Positions 29,346 to 37,930 of a stretch of 64,000 nucleotides of DNA are shown here, piece by piece. The notes beneath the pieces were generated by a model that saw only the letters and a list, made by a program, of their open reading frames with translations, was not told the DNA's origin and did not search any database. The translations under genes were made by a program, and so were the position numbers. Position 1 is the stretch's first letter. Every line of letters begins with the position of its first letter. Source of the DNA: Candidatus Moraniibacteriota bacterium (GTDB lineage Bacteria > Patescibacteriota > Minisyncoccia > Moranbacterales > UBA1568); assembly GCA_052035095.1 (NCBI GenBank), contig JBPOHW010000004.1:23527-87526 (forward strand), written 5' to 3'.

Positions 29346-32300
29346 CTATGATGATGAAGAATTTCGATTTTTTCTCTTTATCATCGAAACGAGAATCGGG
29401 ATGATGAGGAGGGTGAAGAAGGAGGAGACGGCGAGGCCGAAGATGATGGCGGTGCCGAGGGCGCGCCAGAGCGCGTCGGAGAGGGTGATGGGGACGAGAC
29501 CGAGAATGGTGGAGAAGGACGTGATGAAGATTGCCTCGATGCGGGATTTTCCGGCATCGATGATGCCTTCGGTATATTCGAGACCACTTTCCCAGTTGAG
29601 GTTTATTTTGTCAATGAGGATGATCGCGTTTTTGACGACGATGCCGAAGAGGGCGAGGATGCCGATGAGTCCCGGGAAGGAGAGGGGGACGCCGAAGATT
29701 GCCATCCCGACAAAGACGCCGATCATGGCGAGGGGGAGTGTGGCGAGGACGATCACTGCTTGCGTGACGGAATTGAATTGGATGATGAGGGTTGCCACGA
29801 TGAGGATGATCGCGATGACGAGCGCGTTCAGGATAGATTGCACGGATTCTTGATTTTGCTCGTTCTCGCCGCCGTAGGTGATTGAATAGCCGTCGGGGAG
29901 TCGGTATTCTCCCGCTACTTTCTCTTGGAAAGCGGAGAGGACTTCGTTGGGGCGCGTGCCGGTTTCGACGCCGGAAGAGAGGAGGACGGATCGTTTCTGG
30001 TCGATGCGTGTGATCGATTCGAGCGAGGGCTTGAGCTCGATCGTGGCGAGCTCGCCGAGTCGGACGGTAGCTCCTCTGGCGTTTTTGAATTCGATATTTC
30101 GCACCTCGTCGAGGGTCGGGATTGTGGCGTCATCGAAACGAGCGACGACACTGATTTCGTCGTTGTCGCGGAGGACGGTAGTGATTTCGGTGCCGGAAAT
30201 CGCCATACGAAGCGCGCTTCCGATACCGGTCGCGTCGAGTCCGAAGTAGGCGAGGCGGTTATGGTCGAGGGAGAAGGTATAGTCGGCGGGCGCATTCTTG
30301 AGCGAGGTGCTGATGTTCGTCGTTCCGGGGATATTCGCGAGAATTTGTTTGAGATCGCCGGCGATGCGTTCTATTTCTCGGAGGTCGTCTCCGGAAATTC
30401 GCGCTTCGAAGGATGCGCCTGACGGAGGACCGCCCGCCAAACTGGCAACTCGAATATCGGCGCCGGAAATGGTTTTGAAATCTTCGCGCATTCTGTCGGC
30501 GAGCTCGAAGGAGGTGCGGTTCCGATCGTGTTTGTCGGAGAGCTTGACGGTGATTCCGGCGAGGTGTGAGGCGTTCCCGCCGACGCCTCCCGTTCCATCT
30601 TGGGACGCGCCGGCATTGCCGACTACGGTGGAAAAGTCCACGATTTCCGGATAGCCCAAGAGTCTTTCCTCGACTTTTTGAATGAGGCGGTTGGTTTCTT
30701 CGAGCTTCAAACCCGTCGGCGCTTCGAGGTTGACGAAGATGAGTTCTTCATCGGAGGGCGGGAAGAATTCGGTTGGCACGATACCGAAAACGGGAAGGAG
30801 TACGGCGCCAATGAAAAGCGCGAACGTCCCAAGAAGCACGGTCCATTTCCGTCGCGCGCTCGCAAGGACGCCTCGGAGGAACTTTTCGTAGGGTGGGATG
30901 ATGTGATCGAAGTGAATGACGCCGTGAATGAGGCGATCCTTCCAGGCTGTGTCTTCGCGATTTCCCGCCTCTTTGAGGCGCGCCTTGATGAGTGCGTCGC
31001 TTTCCCATTCGCGCTCGACCAAGGATGTGTTGTTGGTAAGAATGCGATTTCCGTTTTTGAAAAAGAACCAGAGCGCGAGACGAACAATGAGGATAAGCGC
31101 GACTCCCGCAAGCGACGCGCCCCAGATATTTTTTAAGAAAATGCCGTACGCGATAATTCCCGCCAGAGTCGCCAGCGAAATGAAGAACCAGTTTCGCGTG
31201 AAGCGAACGCGCTCGAGGGCGGCGGCGAGCGGATGATTGATCATAAGCGCGATACCGAGCGAGGCGATGAGGGTGACCGTGACGGTGATCGGGATGGATT
31301 TGATGAATTGCCCGATGATGCCGGTCGCGAGAAGGAGCGGCAGGAACGCCCACACGGTGGTGAGGGTTGTCGTTGTGAGGACGACCTTGAAATCACGCAG
31401 AACGAGGAGGACGGCTTCTTCCGGTGTGAATTTGCCGGTACGGAGATATTGCTTGGTCGCGGAGACGACGACGATCGCGTCATCTACAAGGAGTCCCATC
31501 GAGAGGAGGAGGGAAAAGAGCGAGAGGAAGTTCAAGGAAATGCCCGAGAGGAGCATGGTGCCAAATGTAACGAAGAAGACGAGTGGAATGGTCATACCGG
31601 CGATGATCGCCTCTTTGAGTCCCACGACCAAGAACAGTGTCGTCATCACGAGTCCCACGGTGATAAAGAAGTCGCGCGTGAGTTCATCGAAATTCTTGCG
31701 AATCTCTTTGGCGAAATCGACGGTGACGGTCCACTGTGTTTCCGGGGGGAAATTTTCCGACAGGCGTTCCATGGTGCGATTTGCCTCATCAACCGTTTCG
31801 ATGATGTTGCCGCCGGTTCGTTTCACGATGTCGAGGGTGACGGCGTTTTCGGGAGCGGAGCCGTTGATCGAAAGCCTCGAAAGAATCGTGCGTTTTCTGG
31901 CAATTTCTTCAACTTCCGCGATGTCTCGAAGGAGTACGGCGCCGCCGTTTTCGTAGAATCGAATGGGAATATTTCCGAGTTCTTCGGCGGTGAAGAAGCG
32001 GGCGTCGGTACGGAGGGGGTAGGAGAATCGCGCGCCGTCCTTGGCGCCCGCGGGAATGGCGCGATTGGTCGCGGCGATCGCGCGGTTTGCTTCGTCGGCG
32101 GAGATGCCGAGCGCGGAGAGTTTCGCCGGGTCGTAGGAAACGGAAATTTCCCGTTCGTCGCCGCCGGAGACGCGCACTTCGCGGACGCCCTGAATTTTTT
32201 CAAGCTCGTCTTTGGCGCTATCGGCGAGGTCGCGAAGAGCGAGTCCGTTGAGCGAACCCGAGAGGGCGATGGTAAGAATCGGTTGATCATCGAAAGAAAT

Positions 32301-32765
32301 TTCTTTGACGGATGGATCCTCAGCGTCATCCGGCAATTCGCTTTTGATTTCCGAAACGGCATCGCGGAGGCGGCGGATGGCGTCGTCGAGGGGTTCGCTC
32401 GCTTCGTATTCGACCGTGATCGCGGAGAGGGAATTCGCGGAATTCGAAGTGATTTTCTTGATGCCGGAGAGTCCGGCTATTTTCGTCTCTATTTTTTTGG
32501 TGACGAGCTCCTCGACGTCTCCCGGAGAAGCGCCCGGGAAGGGGGTCGCGACAATGGCGATCGGAATTTTGACTTCCGGATTGGATTCGCGCGGGAGCTT
32601 TCCAAACGACCAGAGTCCCCAGAGGGAAATGCCGGCAATGAGGAGGAGGACGACGCGCGGGCGCGTGACGAAAAAGTTGAACGCGCTTTTCCTGAGCTTC
32701 GGATCGAATTCGAGCTTTTCCAAATATTCGGAATCGGAAGAGGGATTGTTGGATTTTGGATTCAT
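29346..32765 (-). CDS. AcrB/AcrD/AcrF-family RND transporter permease
   Basis: LPRESNPEV, GLLVDDAIVV, GIVVKNAIILID and SRIEAIFITS motifs; two large extracytoplasmic loops. Confidence 0.95.
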   Translation of the reverse strand: MNPKSNNPSSDSEYLEKLEFDPKLRKSAFNFFVTRPRVVLLLIAGISLWGLWSFGKLPRESNPEVKIPIAIVATPFPGASPGDVEELVTKKIETKIAGLSGIKKITSNSANSLSAITVEYEASEPLDDAIRRLRDAVSEIKSELPDDAEDPSVKEISFDDQPILTIALSGSLNGLALRDLADSAKDELEKIQGVREVRVSGGDEREISVSYDPAKLSALGISADEANRAIAATNRAIPAGAKDGARFSYPLRTDARFFTAEELGNIPIRFYENGGAVLLRDIAEVEEIARKRTILSRLSINGSAPENAVTLDIVKRTGGNIIETVDEANRTMERLSENFPPETQWTVTVDFAKEIRKNFDELTRDFFITVGLVMTTLFLVVGLKEAIIAGMTIPLVFFVTFGTMLLSGISLNFLSLFSLLLSMGLLVDDAIVVVSATKQYLRTGKFTPEEAVLLVLRDFKVVLTTTTLTTVWAFLPLLLATGIIGQFIKSIPITVTVTLIASLGIALMINHPLAAALERVRFTRNWFFISLATLAGIIAYGIFLKNIWGASLAGVALILIVRLALWFFFKNGNRILTNNTSLVEREWESDALIKARLKEAGNREDTAWKDRLIHGVIHFDHIIPPYEKFLRGVLASARRKWTVLLGTFALFIGAVLLPVFGIVPTEFFPPSDEELIFVNLEAPTGLKLEETNRLIQKVEERLLGYPEIVDFSTVVGNAGASQDGTGGVGGNASHLAGITVKLSDKHDRNRTSFELADRMREDFKTISGADIRVASLAGGPPSGASFEARISGDDLREIERIAGDLKQILANIPGTTNISTSLKNAPADYTFSLDHNRLAYFGLDATGIGSALRMAISGTEITTVLRDNDEISVVARFDDATIPTLDEVRNIEFKNARGATVRLGELATIELKPSLESITRIDQKRSVLLSSGVETGTRPNEVLSAFQEKVAGEYRLPDGYSITYGGENEQNQESVQSILNALVIAIILIVATLIIQFNSVTQAVIVLATLPLAMIGVFVGMAIFGVPLSFPGLIGILALFGIVVKNAIILIDKINLNWESGLEYTEGIIDAGKSRIEAIFITSFSTILGLVPITLSDALWRALGTAIIFGLAVSSFFTLLIIPILVSMIKRKNRNSSSS

Positions 32766-32792
32766 GGGAAATTGTTACTTGTTTGATCTACA

Positions 32793-32979
32793 AAGAAATT
32801 TTGTATTCGGCACGTTCAAGAAATGCTCCGGGGCTTGGTAGTAGCGTCTGTTGGTTTTGGATGGAAATAACCTCCCAAAGAAGCTTTCGTTTGTGGTTTT
32901 CGTAGGTCTGCCCGCCGCTGCGTTAATTTCTTTCTCCCTGCCTTGCCGGCAGACAGGTTAGCCGAATACAAAATTTCTT
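32793..32979. ncRNA. Structured element family R2, copy A (candidate ncRNA or ssDNA element)
   Basis: Perfect 19-bp terminal inverted repeat; core homologous to 40296-40464 with compensatory changes. Confidence 0.6.
32937..32957. repeat. 21-bp GC-rich palindrome CCTGCCTTGCCGGCAGACAGG nested in R2 copy A
   Basis: Absent at the aligned position of copy B (CTC^TTA). Confidence 0.8.
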
Positions 32980-32992
32980 CTTTTGTACTTCT

Positions 32993-34075
32993 TTATTCTT
33001 CGGATATCTTCATTCCATCCTCGAGTGTCCCCGTGCTTTCTATGATGACAGCGGCGTTTTCCGGAATATCGGCGGAGACGATGCCGGTTTCGCCGGAGAC
33101 GATGATGGAGGTGGCGGATATTTTCTTGGCTTTTTCGTTTTCCGCTACGAAGAAGAACGAGCCCTCTTGGTTGGTGGTGATGGCGGAGAGGGGGAGGAAG
33201 AATGAGGAGGCTTCAGATGCGATTTGGCGAATTTCTATGATGGCGCTCCCGATGGTGCCGGAGGGGATGGAGTCTTTTTCGAGGCGCGCCTCAATGGGGA
33301 ATTTGCCGGTTGCCGGATCGGCGTGCGCGGCGATTGAGGTGACGTGTGCCGTTTTCTCCCGGTTTTCTTGGAGGAGGATTCGCACGGAATCACCAATCGC
33401 GAGCGAGTCGCGAACGCGTTCCGATACTTGGAAGCGCGCCTTTGGAGCGCTTCCTGTGGCGATCTTCGCGAGCATGGTGCCCGGCGTGACGGAGCTTCCG
33501 ACGTTGACGTATTTTTCCGAGATGATGCCGGAGAGAGGCGCGCGGACGGTGGAAGCATCGAGCGCATTGGCGAGGGCTATCTCGGCTTCTTCGAGACGGA
33601 GTCGCGCGAGGTCGCGGTCGAGATAACTCTCTTTGTTGGTGTTCTTCTCGGCGAGGCGTTTCGCTTCTTTGTAGGATTTCCGCGCGGAAGAGACGGCGAT
33701 TTCGGCTTGTCGAATCGCTTCCGATCGGATGCCGCTCTTTGAGAGTATGGAACCGTTGGGATCGGTGATGCGGACGAGTGTGGCGCCCTGCCTGATAGAA
33801 CTTCCCACCTCGAAGCTTGCCGAGGCTATCGTGCCGGAAGTTTCCGCCGTGATCACGGTTTCATTGTCGGCGACAATGACGACGGGGAGACGTTCTTCGG
33901 ACGTTATGCTTTTCAAATCGCCCGCTTTTTTGACCGAGACTTCGAGGGCACGCTCGTCCGCTCCCGCTTCACTCGGTGTTTGTGCGGATTCGTTTTTCCT
34001 TGCGGCAAAGTACCAAAGACCGAAGAGTCCGAGGAGTATAGCCGCGAGAATGAGCGCTGTTTTGGTGCGTATCAT
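32993..34075 (-). CDS. RND efflux membrane-fusion (periplasmic adaptor) protein
   Basis: N-terminal TM, lipoyl halves (AETSGTI...VGSSI; VRAPLSGII...VNVGSSV), ADPATGKF. Confidence 0.9.
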   Translation of the reverse strand: MIRTKTALILAAILLGLFGLWYFAARKNESAQTPSEAGADERALEVSVKKAGDLKSITSEERLPVVIVADNETVITAETSGTIASASFEVGSSIRQGATLVRITDPNGSILSKSGIRSEAIRQAEIAVSSARKSYKEAKRLAEKNTNKESYLDRDLARLRLEEAEIALANALDASTVRAPLSGIISEKYVNVGSSVTPGTMLAKIATGSAPKARFQVSERVRDSLAIGDSVRILLQENREKTAHVTSIAAHADPATGKFPIEARLEKDSIPSGTIGSAIIEIRQIASEASSFFLPLSAITTNQEGSFFFVAENEKAKKISATSIIVSGETGIVSADIPENAAVIIESTGTLEDGMKISEE

Positions 34076-34204
34076 AGGGAATTGTATTCAAATGAGCAAT
34101 TCGTCAATTTTCCTTGAAAAAGAGAGAGATGTCAAGGCTTGTGGGAAGGATTTTTCTGTGTCAACATTGAAATGTTTCCTGATTTGGTACAAATAGAGCA
34201 TTTT

Positions 34205-37024
34205 ATGGGGATGTTGTGGAAGTTTCTTCGGATGTATTGGGAAGAATGCGCCCTTCTGGTGGCGCTTGTTTTTGCTGTGGGAATTCTTTTGATTCCACAA
34301 AGAACTATTCTTTATTTCTCTTGGCTGTACGTGTCTTTTGTGGCCATTGGTATTGTTTATTCTGTGCGGAAGAAGTTTCAAGAAAGCGTGAAAGAAGCAG
34401 AATGGGGAGAACAAAAAAGACGAAAAGATTCGCCAACATCAATTTTTCTTGATGATAAAGAAATAGAGGATGAAAAACATGATGTTCTTGGCATTGCGGA
34501 AGATGCCAAGCATTTCGGGGAACAGGTTTTGAATGGCGGCGCCGATAATGCCATGATTTTTGGTTTGGATGCGGCGTGGGGGAGTGGGAAGTCGAGTTTT
34601 CTCAACCTCTCTAAGAAACAGGTTTGGGAAACAAAAGAAAACAAAGAAAAGGTTGCGGTCTTTACTTTTCGACCGATACTTTTTGACGCGCGCAAACAGG
34701 ATATTGCGGAGATTTTTATTCGCGAGTTTTTTTCTTTTCTCAAGGAGGAAAGAATGCTTTCCAGAAGGTTGGAAAGCGATAGATGGAAACTTGTGCGCTT
34801 AATAAGTGATGTTTCGATGGGAGGCGATCTTTTTGGTATACGATTTCGCGTTCCTCAAGAATCTTTGGATGAAGTACTCGAGCGAATTCGAAATGAAATC
34901 AAAAAGCTTCCCAAGAAGATCATTGTCATTGTTGACGATCTCGACCGATTGTATGTGGAAGAAGTGAAGGCGATTCTCGGTGTGGTGCGAAATATCTTTT
35001 TTATTCCAAAGATTACTTTTGTTCTGTGCTACGACACGAGCAATATCAATAGTTTTGAATTTCAGAAAAAAGTGGTTCACACCGAATCCGAATCATACGC
35101 CACCTCAAAAGATGATGATGTCAAAAGAAAATTGTATTCTCGTGCTGATCACGAACCCGATAGCCAAAGAATAAACGCCTATCTCGAGAAAATTGTGCAG
35201 GTCAAAAAAACGCTCATTCCCGATAGGGATAAGCTATGGAATTTTTTCGAAAAGAAAGTGAGGGACTATTTTTCCGATGCAGACCTCGTGAATTGCGAGA
35301 CTTTTATTGAAGGAATCAAACCTTTTTTTCAAGAGGAATGCTATCCAAAGTATGCCCCCTACTTGGGGGATATCCGGAAAATAAAAAGAATTCTCAACTT
35401 TATTCGTATTTCCAGATTTCTCAAGTTAATGAAAAAAGACATGCGTGGTCGAGATATTAGTTCGAAATATCTTTTTCAGTTTATTTTGATATATATCAAT
35501 TACCCGCACATTTTTCGAAAAATTTATATTGAGGAAACAAGCGGATCCTCGGGATTCTTTTCTGTTATTTATTGTGATAAGGATAAAGAAGATTGTACTC
35601 CTGCGGGTTTCAAGAATTCGTCACAGTTTCTTGATTTTCTCAAGACGGTTTCTGAAGAACAGAGATTTTTGCTTGAAGAATTATTTCGTGTGCCGATATT
35701 TGATAAATCTGAAATTTTTGAGAGAAGGCAATACGAGGAAGAAATGGAGAAGCCTAAATTTCAGAGATATTCCCCCCTTTTTAATGGGGGATACTTTTCT
35801 CGGATAAACCTGAGGGATTATCTCGAGATTGTTTATGAGGGAAAGTCTATTGACATTTGGTTGCATGATAATTTTCATATCAATAAAATTAAGGAATTGG
35901 AAAATCGGAGTGTTCAAGACATATTTAATGCAACGCCGGAGTATGGTGCGGATATTGGTGAAAAATCTCGCGATATGTTTTTTGGAAAATTGCGGACTAA
36001 AGACGTTCCATTTTCTTCCGCTGAAAAGGTCATCGAATATATCACTCACAATTTGTCTCATTATTCGATGATCAGCGAATTTTCGGGAGTGTATGAGGGA
36101 ATTCGCGCTGGGCTGGTATATCGATTGCTATGGATGCTCGAGCTTCGAGGGTGGGAGGATGAAAAGAGGGAATCATACGAAAATACCGATGAGAATATCC
36201 GAGTTCTCGCGGAGAAAATTTTGGGGAATGAGCAATATCCATCACTGGTGAATACACTTTTTGATTCTGGCGGCAACCCGATTCTCGCGGTCAATGATGC
36301 GACCAAACTCATATACGCGTGCACTGGTACAAGATCAAGTTCTCTTTTCAATGTTCGCCGATCACTTGAAAACTATGCCAAAGAACATTCGATCGATGTG
36401 ATGGAGGCTCTGTCGCGAAAAGCATTTTTGTTTTTCCATAAGCGCATCATTTCCGAGAAGAAGAATTTTCTTCGGGATATCGCCGATATGGACGAGGCGC
36501 TTCTCTTGGGTGATTTCTCGGAGGCTATTTGGAAAAAATTTGAGGAAAAGAAAGATGGTCTTGAAGAGGAGGTGGCAAAAATAAAAAACAGCCTTGCTTC
36601 CGCGCTCTTGTTTCGGTTTGCGCGCGATGAGGAGCGATCAATGGGGAAGTATCTCTTTGATGATACGAAGAAAATATCGGAAGTTATGCGAGAGTATCTT
36701 CTTGAGATATGTTTCAACGTTGATGCGGATATGCGAAACGCGGAACTTTTTCTGAATTTCGCACTAGCGTCTTTCGGCGATGAATCAACCGGGTTTCAAG
36801 AGTGGGTTCCGGATGTTTCTCTTTTGGAAAAAACCCTCGGTCCTGATCGTTTGCGGAGCTATTGGCTGGAGAGGGGCGAAGTCATCAAAAAATGCGGGCG
36901 CTCGCTCGCACTCGCCTCGCCGGATAAAAAAGTGGTGACGTATAACTATGTCGCCACCTACCGGAAAGACATGGAGAAACTTTTTGAGAAACTCGATGAG
37001 CGGTTTTTGAAGGAAGGAGAGTAG
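34205..37024 (+). CDS. KAP-family P-loop NTPase with N-terminal TMs and long unknown C-terminal region
   Basis: FGLDAAWGSGKSS (Walker A), IIVIVDDLDRL (Walker B), YLEKIVQ, DIRKIKRILN; visibly AT-richer than neighbours. Confidence 0.9.
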   Translation: MGMLWKFLRMYWEECALLVALVFAVGILLIPQRTILYFSWLYVSFVAIGIVYSVRKKFQESVKEAEWGEQKRRKDSPTSIFLDDKEIEDEKHDVLGIAEDAKHFGEQVLNGGADNAMIFGLDAAWGSGKSSFLNLSKKQVWETKENKEKVAVFTFRPILFDARKQDIAEIFIREFFSFLKEERMLSRRLESDRWKLVRLISDVSMGGDLFGIRFRVPQESLDEVLERIRNEIKKLPKKIIVIVDDLDRLYVEEVKAILGVVRNIFFIPKITFVLCYDTSNINSFEFQKKVVHTESESYATSKDDDVKRKLYSRADHEPDSQRINAYLEKIVQVKKTLIPDRDKLWNFFEKKVRDYFSDADLVNCETFIEGIKPFFQEECYPKYAPYLGDIRKIKRILNFIRISRFLKLMKKDMRGRDISSKYLFQFILIYINYPHIFRKIYIEETSGSSGFFSVIYCDKDKEDCTPAGFKNSSQFLDFLKTVSEEQRFLLEELFRVPIFDKSEIFERRQYEEEMEKPKFQRYSPLFNGGYFSRINLRDYLEIVYEGKSIDIWLHDNFHINKIKELENRSVQDIFNATPEYGADIGEKSRDMFFGKLRTKDVPFSSAEKVIEYITHNLSHYSMISEFSGVYEGIRAGLVYRLLWMLELRGWEDEKRESYENTDENIRVLAEKILGNEQYPSLVNTLFDSGGNPILAVNDATKLIYACTGTRSSSLFNVRRSLENYAKEHSIDVMEALSRKAFLFFHKRIISEKKNFLRDIADMDEALLLGDFSEAIWKKFEEKKDGLEEEVAKIKNSLASALLFRFARDEERSMGKYLFDDTKKISEVMREYLLEICFNVDADMRNAELFLNFALASFGDESTGFQEWVPDVSLLEKTLGPDRLRSYWLERGEVIKKCGRSLALASPDKKVVTYNYVATYRKDMEKLFEKLDERFLKEGE

Positions 37025-37147
37025 TCAACTTTCTAATTTTTCGAAGTATAGGGGTACTTTCTCATGTTGAGAACGGAGCGGGTTTCCATTGACATTCAAT
37101 TGGCTTTTGTTTTAGTATCGTTTCAGGTAAAGAGGAGGTGAAGTGTC

Positions 37148-37468
37148 ATGTCGAAACAAGAAGATGTGCGTGTGCGGGTTAAGATAGATGGCGATATCAG
37201 AGAGGCTCTTGAAAATATTTGCGGAGAGGAGTTCACGCGAGTATTTGAAAAGACCGCTTCGGATGCGGCCGCAGTGTTCGTCCGCGGGTTAATTGCGTCT
37301 CTTTTGGAAAGCGCTCTTGCTCACAGGAGGGAGGGTTCGGACTCGGACATAGTTCAAGGTATGATTGATAGATATCGTTTAGTTGCGCTTGCGATGACAA
37401 CTTCATCGGAGTCTGTCACTCCTCATGGGGCAGTATCGGGACGCGAGTATGATCGTCGACTTTCTTGA
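37148..37468 (+). CDS. Orphan hypothetical protein
   Basis: TTGACA-N18-TAGTAT (37089-37118), GGAGGTG RBS, terminator at ~37514-37546. Confidence 0.6.
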   Translation: MSKQEDVRVRVKIDGDIREALENICGEEFTRVFEKTASDAAAVFVRGLIASLLESALAHRREGSDSDIVQGMIDRYRLVALAMTTSSESVTPHGAVSGREYDRRLS

Positions 37469-37580
37469 AATTCGAACTTTCAATGGGATCAAAGAGATAA
37501 AAAGAAACTGACATTTCCCTCCACAGAAAATTGCGGAGGGAATTTTATTGTCAGAATGTCGTTATCTTTTAGAAAGGAAT

Positions 37581-37883
37581 ATGCCTTCCAAACAATTTCA
37601 AAAGCGCGTTGAGGATTTTGTGTGTGGGCACTGCGGAGCGACGGTTTCCGGGAATGGCTATACCAATCACTGCTCGAAGTGTCTCTGGAGTCTCCACGTG
37701 GATATTTTCCCGGGCGATCGCGCCGCGCGGTGCGGGGGATTGATGGAACCGGTCGGGGCGTTTCTCGATCATGGGGAATGGCGCCTCACACACCGGTGCG
37801 TCACCTGTGGACACGCGAAAAAAAATCGCCTCTCAAATGAGGACGATATGGAGATGCTTTCGAAACTATTCGAAGGGAAATAA
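37581..37883 (+). CDS. RNHCP-domain (Cys/His-rich, putative Zn-binding) protein
   Basis: FVCGHCG...YTNHCSKCLWSLHVDIFPGDRAARCGGLMEP...HRCVTCG. Confidence 0.85.
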   Translation: MPSKQFQKRVEDFVCGHCGATVSGNGYTNHCSKCLWSLHVDIFPGDRAARCGGLMEPVGAFLDHGEWRLTHRCVTCGHAKKNRLSNEDDMEMLSKLFEGK

Positions 37884-37930
37884 AAAGCCCTCAAAGAAAA
37901 GTATGGCTTGGGGAAGCTTTTCTTTGAGGG
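37884..37930 (-). terminator. Intrinsic terminator of the candidate ncRNA
   Basis: 14-bp stem CCCTCAAAGAAAAG/CTTTTCTTTGAGGG, followed by CTTTTT on the minus strand only. Confidence 0.75.

Noticed and set aside
31233-32786. 517-aa plus-strand ORF and other long antisense ORFs (42743-43894, 51869-52861, 54291-55061, 62361-63299)
   Set aside because: Shadows of well-supported genes on the opposite strand (RND, glyQS, nrdG/nrdD, uvrB) with no recognisable motifs.
32793-32979. R2 as retron msr-msd or 6S RNA
   Set aside because: No reverse transcriptase nearby, no evident promoter or terminator, and the interior is branched rather than a rod with a central bubble.
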